From assembly GCA_041652815.1 (NCBI GenBank), contig JBAZGN010000002.1:302261-366260 (forward strand): 64,000 bases of DNA, in the 5' to 3' direction. The notes beneath the pieces were generated by a model. The model had not been told where the DNA came from. It was given only the letters and a program-made list of their open reading frames with translations, and did not search any database. This stretch comes from Candidatus Omnitrophota bacterium. GTDB lineage: Bacteria; Omnitrophota; Gorgyraeia; Duberdicusellales; 4484-171. A program made the position numbers and the translations under genes. Below are positions 19,158 through 29,487 of the stretch, piece by piece. The stretch's first letter is position 1. Every line of letters starts with the position of its first letter.

Positions 19158-19649
19158 TTGGAAGTAAAGATTATACGTAGCCATAGAAGAAGGCGCACGG
19201 TAAGCGCGCGAATGATAAATAATTGTTTGGTGGTTAGTGTTCCCTCCGTCATATCTGAAGATAATCTTACGAAAATAGTTTCTGATTTTAAATTAAAGTT
19301 CGAGAAGAAAAAGCTTAAGGAAGAATTAGACAGAAACCAGCCGCTTTCAGAGATTGCCTCCGGATTAAATAAAAAATACTTTAATAACCAGCTAAAAATC
19401 AATTCCATAGAATATGTGACTACACAAAATAGTAAATATGGCTGCTGTAACTACAGGGATGGACATATCCGCGTATCGCATAAGGTGGGTTTAATGCCGA
19501 AGTGGGTAAGAGACTATGTTCTGGTTCATGAGATGGCGCATTTGTTAGTTCCTAATCATAGCAAAGCTTTCTGGGATATAGTTTATCGCTATGAGCTTAC
19601 TGAACGGGCGCGCGGTTATCTTTGCGCAGCAGGGCTTTCGTTGGAATAA
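19158..19649 (+). CDS. YgjP/DUF45 family metal-dependent hydrolase (M48-like HEMAH)
   Basis: VLVHEMAHLLVPNHSKAFWDIV motif characteristic of DUF45. Confidence 0.6.
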   Translation: MEVKIIRSHRRRRTVSARMINNCLVVSVPSVISEDNLTKIVSDFKLKFEKKKLKEELDRNQPLSEIASGLNKKYFNNQLKINSIEYVTTQNSKYGCCNYRDGHIRVSHKVGLMPKWVRDYVLVHEMAHLLVPNHSKAFWDIVYRYELTERARGYLCAAGLSLE

Positions 19650-19767
19650 GCCTTGATTTAAAAATTAACCGGCGTTACAATAATCAAAATACACAAAAAC
19701 GTTGATATTGATTAGTTATCCTGCCGTTTGTAAAAAATAGATTAATTCAAAACTCGAGGTGTTGTAA

Positions 19768-20895
19768 ATGCCATCAGAAAAAATTAATTTTGATTATTCC
19801 ATTCCAAAAACACTTCAAATCAAATTAACCGGGGCGTGGTTAATGAGCTCCGGCATTCCGGTTGTATCAGAAATTACTTCGCAGTTTTTAAACCGCGCTG
19901 ATGTTGTACAGATTGCTTTCGATACTTCGAAGATTTCCAAATGGGACAGTGGATTAGTTTCATTTTTACTTGGTTTAATTAACGAATGCCAGCGAAGAAA
20001 TATTAAGGTAGATAGAAAAGGCTTACCTGGAGGGGTGCTTAAGCTGCTTGATCTTACCGAAAAGTTTACTGAGAAAATTAAGCCACAGGAAAGTAAACAA
20101 GAGCCGTTTCTTCAAATAGTTGGAGGCAAAGCTTTGCAGCTTAAGGAAAGTATGTTATCGTTACTTAGTTTTTTGGGTGAGATTGCTGTTTCTCTTAACC
20201 GCACAATCGCTGGCAAAGCTTATTTTCGTTTCAATGATTTTATGCTTATTGTACAAAGATGCGGAGCAGATGCTCTTGGCCTTGTTTCTTTGATAAGCGT
20301 ATTGGTGGGTGTAATTCTTGCTTTTATAGGAGCAATACAGCTTCGAATATTCGGAGCCCAGATTTATATCGCAGACATTGTCGGCATAGCCATGGTACGG
20401 GTTATGGGTGCGGTAATGACAGGTATAATTATGTCAGGCAGGACTGGTGCTTCTTTTGCCGCGGAGCTTGGCATAATGCAGACAAATGAAGAAATTGATG
20501 CGCTTAAAACTTTAGGCGTTAATCCGGTTGAGTTTTTAGTTGTGCCGCGTATCTTAGCATTGGTTGTGATGTTGCCATTATTAACTCTCTATGCTGATTT
20601 TATGGGTATATTAGGCGGCTATGCCATAAGTACCGGCGTACTCGGTATAAATCCGGTGGAATATTTAAATCATACCCGGTCAGCAGTAAAACTTAGCAAC
20701 CTCTGGATAGGGTTAATACACAGCTTTGTTTTTGGTATAATTATTGCAATTTCGGGTTGCCTTCGCGGTATGAATTGCGAAAGAAGTGCAAATGGCGTAG
20801 GAGAAGCTACTACTTCAGCAGTTGTCACCTCAATTACAAGTATCGTAATTGCAACTGCAATTATTACTTTTATTTGCCAGGTGCTTGGGGTATAG
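19768..20895 (+). CDS. mlaE: MlaE-family ABC permease with N-terminal STAS-like extension
   Basis: C-terminal ~260 aa matches MlaE/Ttg2B permease; followed by mlaF and MCE protein. Confidence 0.7.
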   Translation: MPSEKINFDYSIPKTLQIKLTGAWLMSSGIPVVSEITSQFLNRADVVQIAFDTSKISKWDSGLVSFLLGLINECQRRNIKVDRKGLPGGVLKLLDLTEKFTEKIKPQESKQEPFLQIVGGKALQLKESMLSLLSFLGEIAVSLNRTIAGKAYFRFNDFMLIVQRCGADALGLVSLISVLVGVILAFIGAIQLRIFGAQIYIADIVGIAMVRVMGAVMTGIIMSGRTGASFAAELGIMQTNEEIDALKTLGVNPVEFLVVPRILALVVMLPLLTLYADFMGILGGYAISTGVLGINPVEYLNHTRSAVKLSNLWIGLIHSFVFGIIIAISGCLRGMNCERSANGVGEATTSAVVTSITSIVIATAIITFICQVLGV

Positions 20896-21654
20896 ATGAA
20901 ACAGACATCAGAAGTTGTCCTTGAAGTGCGCAATCTTGATTTAAGTTACGATGACTATGCTGTAATGCGTAATTTAAATTTTAAAATCCTTAAAGGTGAA
21001 GTTTTTATTATTATGGGCGGGAGCGGCTGCGGGAAATCAACCTTATTAAAAAGCCTCATCGGCTTGAGGGCGCCTGCCAGAGGAGATGTTTTATATGGAG
21101 AAAAAAACTTTTGGCGTGAAGATGAATCAGTGCAGAAAGATTTAATACGGAGTTTCGGGGTTCTTTATCAAGGCGGTGCCCTTTGGAGTTCTCTGACTTT
21201 GGGAGAAAATGTTGCACTTGCCTTAGAGCTTTATTCGAATTTATCCGCTTCTCAGATACAGGAAGTAGTAGAGTTAAAACTTGCGTTAGTAGGGTTGTCA
21301 GGGTATTCGCAATTTTACCCTTCTGAAATAAGCGGAGGAATGCGTAAGCGTGCAGGCCTTGCCCGGGCAATCGCGCTGGATCCTAGTATCATTTTTTTTG
21401 ATGAACCTAGCGCCGGGCTTGACCCGATAAATTCCCGTATGCTCGATGATTTAATATTGCAGCTAAGAGATGCTTTAGGGGCTACTTTTGTGGTGGTTAC
21501 ACACGAGCTTGCCAGTATTTTTGCCATAGGAAATAATTCTGTATTTCTTGACGCAAACAGTAAAACTATTATTGCTGAGGGTAACCCTAAGGATTTATTA
21601 GCTAATTCCAGGGATCCCAAGGTTATTGGGTTTTTGACTAGGGGGAAGAAATAG
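20896..21654 (+). CDS. mlaF: MlaF-type ABC ATPase
   Basis: Walker A GGSGCGKST, signature ISGGMRKRAGLARA, Walker B IIFFDEPSAGLD. Confidence 0.8.
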   Translation: MKQTSEVVLEVRNLDLSYDDYAVMRNLNFKILKGEVFIIMGGSGCGKSTLLKSLIGLRAPARGDVLYGEKNFWREDESVQKDLIRSFGVLYQGGALWSSLTLGENVALALELYSNLSASQIQEVVELKLALVGLSGYSQFYPSEISGGMRKRAGLARAIALDPSIIFFDEPSAGLDPINSRMLDDLILQLRDALGATFVVVTHELASIFAIGNNSVFLDANSKTIIAEGNPKDLLANSRDPKVIGFLTRGKK

Positions 21655-21849
21655 ATGTTTAGTTCTTTGAGGTAAAAGCTGGGTTTTCTAAATATTTATA
21701 TGGTTCTCATTTATGCGGCAGTATATAAGGGGATCAAAACCTATATTATACCCCTTGTGTCTATTATCGTTTAAATTTCTATGAAATTTAAACGAAGCAC
21801 TTCGGGGTTAAATTTTCCGACGATGTCGGAAAATTTAAGGAGTGAGACA

Positions 21850-22572
21850 ATGATTAAAAAAGCGGACAAAACGATAATCGGCGCATTTGTAGTAGGAGCG
21901 GTAGCTCTATTGATTACAGCCATACTTATTTTTGGCTCAGGAGCGATTTTTAAACAAGCGGATAAATATGTTTTATTCTTTGACGGGTCAGTAAAAGGCC
22001 TTTCGTCAGGTGCTCCGGTTATTTTTCGCGGAGTAAAAATTGGAAACGTAGCGGAGATAAGCCCGATTTATGACCCTAAAACCAAAAAAGTGTTAATCGA
22101 GGTGGTTATTGAAGTTGAGCTGTCCCGGGTTGAAGGTTTTCCTGAAAAAATAGGTTATCCTAACTATAAAAAGCTTATCAACCGCGGTTTACGAGCGGGG
22201 TTAGAGGTGCAAAACTTTATAACCGGACAACTTATGATTGGTTTTGACTTTTATCCAGATGAGCCGATAAGGATGTATGATGTTGGTGAAAAATACCCTG
22301 AACTACCGACTTTGCCGGTGTCCCCGGTTATTTTTGACGTTATGAACCAACTTCCCATTAAAGATATAGCGGATAACTTAAAACAAACTGTTGCTGGGAT
22401 AAATAACCTGATAAATTCGGGAGGTTCTTACGGATTGAATAATATGCTTCAGGAAGTATCTGAGGCGGCGCGTTCTTTACGTTTCCTTGTTGAATATATT
22501 GAAAAGCATCCCGAAGCGCTTTTAAAGGGAAAACAGGTTCCTAAGAAAGGAGAGAAAAATGAAAAAAAATAA
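21850..22572 (+). CDS. mlaD: MCE-domain protein (MlaD-like)
   Basis: N-terminal TM helix then MCE domain; ATG 21850 after RBS ggag (track ORF 21781 is N-extended). Confidence 0.65.
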   Translation: MIKKADKTIIGAFVVGAVALLITAILIFGSGAIFKQADKYVLFFDGSVKGLSSGAPVIFRGVKIGNVAEISPIYDPKTKKVLIEVVIEVELSRVEGFPEKIGYPNYKKLINRGLRAGLEVQNFITGQLMIGFDFYPDEPIRMYDVGEKYPELPTLPVSPVIFDVMNQLPIKDIADNLKQTVAGINNLINSGGSYGLNNMLQEVSEAARSLRFLVEYIEKHPEALLKGKQVPKKGEKNEKK

Positions 22573-23194
22573 CTTTAACTGGTTTCGCTTTATTATTTGC
22601 GTGGTTTTTGTTTTATTCCTAAACGGATGCGTGTCTGTGTCAAACAGCCCTAACCCACGGTTTTATACGCTTTATACTCCGGACAAGGAAAAACCTAACC
22701 AAGAATTTAATATTCCAGATAATACAATTATTGGTATAGGCCCTTTAAGAATTCCTGAATATCTTAACCGGCCCCAGATTGTGACTAACAACAAAGATAA
22801 GACGGTTATTTTTGATGAATTTAATCGCTGGGCAGAATCTCTTGATTTTGCCCTGGCGCGCTTGATCAATAATAATCTTACGCTCATGCTTAAGGACGCA
22901 TCATTTCAAATGTTCCCGTGGGATTTTGCTATTGCGGTAAAGTATCAGGTAATTGCCGATGTTATCCAATTGGAAAATAATCTTAACCAGGATTTGCTTT
23001 TTGCAATACAATGGTCAATTATAGATTTAGAAAAAAAGCGAGCGGTATTTACAAAAAGATCAGAATTCCGTCAAGATATCTACCCGCATAATTATTATGG
23101 TTTCACACAAGCTCTAAGCGAGGCAACACTATCTTTAAGCAAAGAAATCGCTCAAGAATTGGTTTCTGTAACGAAGCCGCCACAAACGAATTGA
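22559..23194 (+). CDS. ABC-type transport auxiliary lipoprotein (YmbA/PqiC-like, DUF330)
   Basis: Lipoprotein signal LFLNGC; position after MCE gene. Confidence 0.5.
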   Translation: MKKNNFNWFRFIICVVFVLFLNGCVSVSNSPNPRFYTLYTPDKEKPNQEFNIPDNTIIGIGPLRIPEYLNRPQIVTNNKDKTVIFDEFNRWAESLDFALARLINNNLTLMLKDASFQMFPWDFAIAVKYQVIADVIQLENNLNQDLLFAIQWSIIDLEKKRAVFTKRSEFRQDIYPHNYYGFTQALSEATLSLSKEIAQELVSVTKPPQTN

Positions 23195-23207
23195 AAGCAG
23201 GATTATC

Positions 23208-23636
23208 ATGCCTATTAAAAACTACAAAATTATTTCGATTTTAGGTTTATTTTTTCTATTCTCAAGCTTAATCTTTGTTCTGCCGGCTTCATACGCCGGC
23301 CGCAACGCTTTGTTTGATAATATTGAAGCCCCTACATTGTTGTATCCGACAACAGAAGGCGTAGATTTAACCGGCAAAAACGAGCTTGAATTTAGATGGA
23401 TAAAGACCCCGGGTATGTTTGTATATTGTACAGAATTTAAGCTATACAAGAGCGCTAACAATTTTGCGTCGGATTTGATTTATAAAGAAAAAATACAACC
23501 TGATAATTATCCTGCTAAAGTTCCGGCAACTTATTTTGAAAAAGGCCAGGTATATTCCTGGACATTAAGAATGGTGCTTACAAATGGCAACAGGACCGAT
23601 AAAGCCTACAGCACCTTTAAGGTTATTAAAAAATAA
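23208..23636 (+). CDS. secreted hypothetical protein
   Basis: Signal peptide; no family recognised. Confidence 0.35.
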   Translation: MPIKNYKIISILGLFFLFSSLIFVLPASYAGRNALFDNIEAPTLLYPTTEGVDLTGKNELEFRWIKTPGMFVYCTEFKLYKSANNFASDLIYKEKIQPDNYPAKVPATYFEKGQVYSWTLRMVLTNGNRTDKAYSTFKVIKK

Positions 23637-23853
23637 GCATACTTTGCCCGCCATTTCTTAGCCCGGATTTTTTGTTTTGCAGTCAAAAATTTTCTTACCA
23701 AATATATTCTTTTTGTTATAATATTTTTATGAGTATTTTTATAAACTATCGCTATGGACGAAATCTAACTCGCAGTAGTATTTCTCCTGCGCCATTATGC
23801 CTGCCGGCAGACAAAACCCGGGGAAAGGATGCGCTCATTAAAAGGATGAAAAA

Positions 23854-25008
23854 GTGAAAAAACTAACTGCAATTGTTGCGCTATCGAGTGTATTTACTCT
23901 GGCGATTTGCTTCGTTATTATAGGAGCTGTTTCCATTGAGTTAAAAACTGCGCTTGGAATCGGAAATAGCGAAATCGGCACATTGGTTTTAACTCTTTTT
24001 TTAACTGCTTGCGTAACACAGCTTATAATCGGCCCTTTAGTAGATAAGTTTGGGCATAAACCTATTGCAATAACAGGCTTTATTATATGTAGTTTAAGTA
24101 TATTTCTTTTAGGCTTAGCAACTAATTTTAAACTCGCTTTGGTTGCTGCATTTTTGTTAGGTGCAGGTGCCATGTGTGTCAATACAGTAGGAAATACATT
24201 AATACCCGTAGTTTTATTTGGCGGGAATGATCCTGCAAGAGCCAGCAATTTTGGAAATGGTTTTTTTGGCTTGGGGCTTATTCTTACCCCGCTTATTATT
24301 TCGGCTTTTGTAAAATACAACAATGCTCTTTTTTGTATTGGAGCAAGTTTATTGATATTTCTTTTATTTTCTTTCCTAGCTTCTTATCCCAAAGTTTCAA
24401 CCGGATTTAAGTTTTCTATGGCAATAAAATTATTGGGCAAAACGCCGGTCGTAATAGCTGCTCTTGCGCTTACGTGTTATATTTCTTTAGAAAGTACAAT
24501 GAATACCTGGATAAAATCTTTAATGGCGGAATTATTTAAAAGTAGCGGCAACAGTAATTTTCTGACGCATGCGGGGTTTGTGCTTAGTTTATTCGGAGTT
24601 TGTATGATGCTGGGCCGTTTTTTAAGTTCCGCAGTTAAAAATTTGACCAAAATAGGCGTGAATGTTATTGCAATAGCTTCATTGGCTTCTATGCTTGCTA
24701 TTATCTTGATGATTGTTACTAAAAGCTATGTGCTTGCTATCATGGCAGTTATTCTTATAGGATTTTCTTTCGCTCCAATTTTTCCTATTATTGTCGGCGT
24801 AACATTTGCACGGTTTGAAGCAAGTTTATACGGAAGCATCTTTGGTATTATTTTTTCAATCGGCCTTCTCGGCGGAACATTTGTTCCGCAATATGTCGGT
24901 TATTTAGCGAAAGAAAAAACCATTCAGCAGAGTTTATGGATTGCTGTTGTTATGGCAGGGTTATTATTTGTTGTATCTTTGGCTATGGGCAAGCTGAAAC
25001 CTAAATAA
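23854..25008 (+). CDS. MFS transporter
   Basis: 12 predicted TM helices, MFS-like motif LIIGPLVDKFGHKP. Confidence 0.65.
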   Translation: MKKLTAIVALSSVFTLAICFVIIGAVSIELKTALGIGNSEIGTLVLTLFLTACVTQLIIGPLVDKFGHKPIAITGFIICSLSIFLLGLATNFKLALVAAFLLGAGAMCVNTVGNTLIPVVLFGGNDPARASNFGNGFFGLGLILTPLIISAFVKYNNALFCIGASLLIFLLFSFLASYPKVSTGFKFSMAIKLLGKTPVVIAALALTCYISLESTMNTWIKSLMAELFKSSGNSNFLTHAGFVLSLFGVCMMLGRFLSSAVKNLTKIGVNVIAIASLASMLAIILMIVTKSYVLAIMAVILIGFSFAPIFPIIVGVTFARFEASLYGSIFGIIFSIGLLGGTFVPQYVGYLAKEKTIQQSLWIAVVMAGLLFVVSLAMGKLKPK

Positions 25009-25013
25009 TGTAA

Positions 25014-25877
25014 ATGGACAAAACTGTTGAAAGGAATATTATTGCCTCATACCAAACTTCCGGAGGATTTATTGTTCATGACTGCGAAATGCTAAGAAGA
25101 ATCTATAAGGCGCTTAATATCAATCCGCAAGAGTCATTGGACAACAGGATTTACGAATTAGAAGGTATTACTCATTTTTTTCAGCGCGGCGTAATAGCCT
25201 TGGCAAATAAACTCGGTGTTACCGCGAATGATTATATATTAAATCCCGGTGAAGGCAGCGGTGCTCCTTCTAGGTTATTGGCGAAGCTATTTAAGTGCAG
25301 AGTTGTGGGTATTGATGTCAACCCTGATCAGGTCAATAAGGCAAGGGAATTGGCGTTTTTGCATGGCGTCCAGAATAAAGTTGAGTATTACAAAGAGAAC
25401 ATAAATGAAATTTCTTTAAATAAAACAGATTTTAGTAAAGCCTTTGTCAGCGAAACATGCGTGCATTGGCACAAAAAAGAGATTGCCTTCAAAAAGATAT
25501 TCCAGCATCTTAGAAGAGGGGCGAAGATCGGTTTTAATTTATGGTTAAAGGGGTGCGAAGGTACATTAAATGACGCATATAATTTTATCCCGGAATTTAG
25601 AAGCCTTTATAAAACGGGCATCTGGTTTCAGGATGATTTGGATACCTACAGACATTTGCTTGAGTCAAGCGGTTTTGCTTTGTTGGAAGCGTTCGATTGT
25701 ACTGATAAAATTGACATAAAGATAAGAGCGCGGTTAGCAGCGGCAAAACAATGGGAAATCTACGAAAAACTAATGAGTTTTGATGCTAAAGAAAACGGAA
25801 TGAATTATTATAAAGGGATGCTTAAAACGCACTATCGTTTCTTAAAATATGGCGTAATTGTGGCAGAAAAAATTTAA
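25014..25877 (+). CDS. class I SAM-dependent methyltransferase
   Basis: Motif I LNPGEGSGAPS and motif II VVGIDVN. Confidence 0.55.
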   Translation: MDKTVERNIIASYQTSGGFIVHDCEMLRRIYKALNINPQESLDNRIYELEGITHFFQRGVIALANKLGVTANDYILNPGEGSGAPSRLLAKLFKCRVVGIDVNPDQVNKARELAFLHGVQNKVEYYKENINEISLNKTDFSKAFVSETCVHWHKKEIAFKKIFQHLRRGAKIGFNLWLKGCEGTLNDAYNFIPEFRSLYKTGIWFQDDLDTYRHLLESSGFALLEAFDCTDKIDIKIRARLAAAKQWEIYEKLMSFDAKENGMNYYKGMLKTHYRFLKYGVIVAEKI

Positions 25878-25945
25878 AATAAATTTCATACTGTCTTCTT
25901 AGGCAGTTTATTGCGTAGAGTACAAACTTTTGCTTCGGTGATTTT

Positions 25946-27190
25946 ATGCTACTTATGAAATGTTATGATGCAATTGTAGTCGGTGCGGGCCCAGCCGGTA
26001 TGATGGCCGCAATTCGTGCTGCCGAAAACAAGAAAAAAATCCTTCTTATTGAACGAAACAATAATCTTGGAATAAAACTCCTTATAACCGGAGGAGGCAG
26101 GTGTAATATCACCAATATCTGCGACGTCCAAGATTTCCTCAAGAATTTTTCTAAGTCACGGGATTTTTTAAGAAATTCTTTTGCGCAATTTTTTAATGCC
26201 GACCTTTTGTCGTTTTTTGAAAAAAGCGGTATTGTTTTTAAAATAGAAGAGAATGGATGCGTGTTCCCTGTGAGCGATAAGGCAGTGGATATCTTAAATA
26301 TTTTAAGACAGAAGTTACAAAAAAATAATGTTGAAATTCTATTTAATGAGCGCGTGAAAGACATTATTGTTAAAGATGGTAAGGTTAGCGGTGTTACGAC
26401 AATTTCTGATAAGCATCTTTCAGTAAACAGCGTAGTTATCGCAACCGGCGGCCTTTCTTATCCGGAAACCGGCTCAACCGGAGATGGATATAATTTGGCT
26501 AAGAAACTTGGCCACACAATAGTAACCTTAAAGCCAGCGCTCGTTCCAATAATCATCAAAGAGAAATTTATAAAAGACTGGCAGGGTATATCGCTTAAAA
26601 AAGTGCGTGTAAGTGTTTTTAGTAATGATAAGAAAATAGCAGAACGTTTAGGCGATATGATTTTTACTCATTTTGGCGTATCCGGACCGATAATTCTTGA
26701 TATGAGTGCTGCTATTTATGAAGCATTAGAGCTTAAAGCTAAAGTTGAGCTGGCTATTAATTTTATACCCGGGTTAAATCAACAAGAATCAGATGCCTTT
26801 ATTTTACATGAACTTAAAATGCATCCCACTAAAACCATAAAAAATATGTTTAGAGATATTTTACCGAGAAAAATGATGGAGCAATTTCTTAAATATTGCA
26901 GCCTAAGCCCAAACGTAAGTGCGCATCAAATGGCTATTGAGGAAAGAAAAAGGCTTCTCAGGGGTTTATCTAACTTATGTTTAACAATAGAAGGGGTATT
27001 ACCTATCAAAGACGGTATCATAACCAGGGGCGGAGTAAGCACAAAAGAAATAAATCCAAAGACTCTTGAGTCAAAGCTTGTTAGAGGATTGTTTTTTGTC
27101 GGTGAGGTGATAGATGTTGATGCAGCCACAGGCGGATACAATTTGCAGGCGGCATTTTCAACCGGGTGGGTTTGCGGTGGCAGTATTTAA
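25946..27190 (+). CDS. NAD(P)/FAD-dependent oxidoreductase, HI0933/BaiN-like flavoprotein family
   Basis: YDAIVVGAGPAGMMAAIRAAE dinucleotide-binding motif, ITGGGRCN, C-terminal GGYNLQAAFSTGWVCG typical of the family. Confidence 0.7.
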   Translation: MLLMKCYDAIVVGAGPAGMMAAIRAAENKKKILLIERNNNLGIKLLITGGGRCNITNICDVQDFLKNFSKSRDFLRNSFAQFFNADLLSFFEKSGIVFKIEENGCVFPVSDKAVDILNILRQKLQKNNVEILFNERVKDIIVKDGKVSGVTTISDKHLSVNSVVIATGGLSYPETGSTGDGYNLAKKLGHTIVTLKPALVPIIIKEKFIKDWQGISLKKVRVSVFSNDKKIAERLGDMIFTHFGVSGPIILDMSAAIYEALELKAKVELAINFIPGLNQQESDAFILHELKMHPTKTIKNMFRDILPRKMMEQFLKYCSLSPNVSAHQMAIEERKRLLRGLSNLCLTIEGVLPIKDGIITRGGVSTKEINPKTLESKLVRGLFFVGEVIDVDAATGGYNLQAAFSTGWVCGGSI

Positions 27191-27209
27191 CGGGCAATCA
27201 GGAAAATAA

Positions 27210-28211
27210 ATGATGTATCAAGCGCGAAACAATAATCAATATGGACAATCAATTCTCAGGGGCCTTGTAACTCCGGAGAAAGCCAAGGTTCATGCGCAAA
27301 CTCTTGCTAACAGCCTGCGTAAAAAATTCCGGCATTTATCCCGCAGGTTTAAACGTGAAGGCATAGATTGCTTCAGGCTCTATGATTGGGATAGCCCGGA
27401 TATCCGCATAGTTGTTGATTGGTATGCAGGACGCCTTGTTGTTGCCGAATACGAGCGTAAACAGACAGGCCCTTGGTATTTGCCTCAAATGGCAGCGGCA
27501 GTAGCGCAAGTATTAGGCGTTACAAAAGACAAAGTTTATATCCGGCGCAGGCATACAAATATTAAAGATAAGCCACGCTATAAAAAGCTAAATATCCGTG
27601 GTGAGCGTTTTAAAGTTCGTGAACGAAACTTGTGGTTTTGGGTAAATTTAAGCGATTTTCTTGATACCGGATTATTTTCCGACCATCGCGAGACGCGTAT
27701 CATTATCGGCAAGCTTGCGAAAGATAAGGATTTTTTAAATCTATTTGCCTATACTGGTACATTTACCTGTGCGGCAGCTGCAGGCGCACGAACGACAACA
27801 ACGGTTGACCGATCACAAAGCTATATCAAATGGGCTAAAGATAATCTTTTGTTAAACGGGCTTTTAAGCGCGAAACATACATTCATTCAGTCAGATGTGA
27901 AAAAGTATTTATCGCGCGCTGCATCCCAAGGAAAGCGTTTCTCGTTGGCATTTGTTGACCCGCCGTCTTTTTATAAAAACGAGAGGGAAGGGGTATCGTT
28001 TGATGTAAACCAAGACCACCCTGGATTAATCCGCGATGTTTTAAAAGTTATGCGCCCGGGTTCTGATATATTTTTTTCTACAAACCATCAACGGTTCAAA
28101 CCGCATTTTGAAGGCCTTGCAATAAAAGAAATCATTAAATTAACCCCTAAAACAATCCCTGAAGACTATCGTAACCGCAACGTTCATAATTGCTGGCAGA
28201 TTAAAACATAG
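27210..28211 (+). CDS. class I SAM-dependent rRNA methyltransferase (RlmI/RlmK-like)
   Basis: FVDPPSF motif (DPPxF) and upstream SAM-binding region. Confidence 0.55.
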   Translation: MMYQARNNNQYGQSILRGLVTPEKAKVHAQTLANSLRKKFRHLSRRFKREGIDCFRLYDWDSPDIRIVVDWYAGRLVVAEYERKQTGPWYLPQMAAAVAQVLGVTKDKVYIRRRHTNIKDKPRYKKLNIRGERFKVRERNLWFWVNLSDFLDTGLFSDHRETRIIIGKLAKDKDFLNLFAYTGTFTCAAAAGARTTTTVDRSQSYIKWAKDNLLLNGLLSAKHTFIQSDVKKYLSRAASQGKRFSLAFVDPPSFYKNEREGVSFDVNQDHPGLIRDVLKVMRPGSDIFFSTNHQRFKPHFEGLAIKEIIKLTPKTIPEDYRNRNVHNCWQIKT

Positions 28212-28314
28212 TGAATGGTAGTATGTACTAAGCAACAAGCAACAGGTTTTGATTGGAGTATTGCGGGCATAAAACCTATTACTAAATTAATCCTTTCTGC
28301 TATAATATCTTTCA

Positions 28315-28650
28315 GTGAAAAAAAGAAAGAAAAAGAAATTTATAAGAACGGGTGCGTTTTGTGTTTATATTTTACTATGTCAGGACGGGACCTACTACAC
28401 CGGGCACACCAACGATTTAAAAAGGCGGCTTAAACAGCATAGTAGCGGTAAAGGCGCCTGGTATACAAGGGTAAAAGGGGCTGGTAGTGTGGTATGGCGT
28501 AAAGAATATCGGCGCTTTAAGCCTGCGTTTTTGATGGAAAACAGGATAAAGAAATTAACAAGATTACAAAAGGAATCGTTGGTTGGAGGTAAAAGATTAG
28601 ATAAAGTGTTGGCAAAGGCTGGGAATAAAAGATGCGAAACGAGGAGATGA
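28315..28650 (+). CDS. GIY-YIG domain protein (UPF0213/YhbQ-like)
   Basis: VYILLCQDGTYYTGHTNDLKRRLKQH matches GIY-YIG signature; GTG start, exact start uncertain. Confidence 0.55.
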   Translation: MKKRKKKKFIRTGAFCVYILLCQDGTYYTGHTNDLKRRLKQHSSGKGAWYTRVKGAGSVVWRKEYRRFKPAFLMENRIKKLTRLQKESLVGGKRLDKVLAKAGNKRCETRR

Positions 28651-28759
28651 AAGGTTTACAGCCGTATGCTATTAATTTCAATCCCTTTGCCAGAATTCCA
28701 CGGGCACGCCTGCCTTTGGCAGTCATGCCCGTGCGAGCTCCAGTTAGGAGGAGGAAAAA

Positions 28760-29416
28760 ATGAAAATATTGCTTTTGTCTTCGAGCCCACGTAAGGAAAA
28801 CAGCCAAACTCTTCTCTTGGCAAAGGAAGTTTTAAAAGGCTGCGATACGGCAAGCGTAAAATCTGAAATAATAAATTTGCACGACTTAAAAATTGAATTC
28901 TGCCGGCATTGTGAAGCCTGTCATAAGAAAATCCTTTGTTGCCCCATAGAGGATGATGTCGGTGCTGTTCTAAAAAATATGCTTGAGGCAGATGCGATAA
29001 TCTTAGCTTCACCTAATTATATAAATCAAATAACTGCCTCAATGAAGGCATTTTTTGACCGCTCCAGCCATTTCATCCATTGCAAGCGGCTTACGGGAAA
29101 ATATATTATCGGTGTAGTTTGTTCCGGAAGCGGCGAGGATGACGAAATTTTACGTTATATGAAACATTATGCCAACGCCTGTGGAGCGCAATATGCAGGG
29201 GGTGTATCTTCCGGCGTACCGGTGAGTGATGAGAAAAAGAAAGAAGGATTAAATTTAGGTAAGATGCTAACTGCAGCTATAAAAGAGAAAAAATTATTTC
29301 CGGAACAGCTCAGCATTATCGAAACAAATAAAGAGCGTTTCAAGAAAGTAATGGAAAAGCGAAAGGATGACTGGGCGGAGGAATACCAATATTGGAAAGA
29401 TAATGGCTGGTTGTAA
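28760..29416 (+). CDS. flavodoxin-like NAD(P)H-dependent FMN reductase / iron-sulfur flavoprotein family (paralog 2)
   Basis: MKILLLSSSPRKENSQT N-terminus, CRHCEACHKKILCC cysteine cluster. Confidence 0.6.
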   Translation: MKILLLSSSPRKENSQTLLLAKEVLKGCDTASVKSEIINLHDLKIEFCRHCEACHKKILCCPIEDDVGAVLKNMLEADAIILASPNYINQITASMKAFFDRSSHFIHCKRLTGKYIIGVVCSGSGEDDEILRYMKHYANACGAQYAGGVSSGVPVSDEKKKEGLNLGKMLTAAIKEKKLFPEQLSIIETNKERFKKVMEKRKDDWAEEYQYWKDNGWL

Positions 29417-29487
29417 TATGCATAAAAGGGATGAAAAATTATTTATCCGGACTTTCGGATGGTTGATGGCTACGCTGTAGGGATGGC

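Noticed and set aside
23672-23857. 61-aa ORF upstream of the MFS transporter
   Set aside because: It is Ile/Phe/Tyr-rich with no RBS. It is likely an intergenic artefact of AT-rich sequence.
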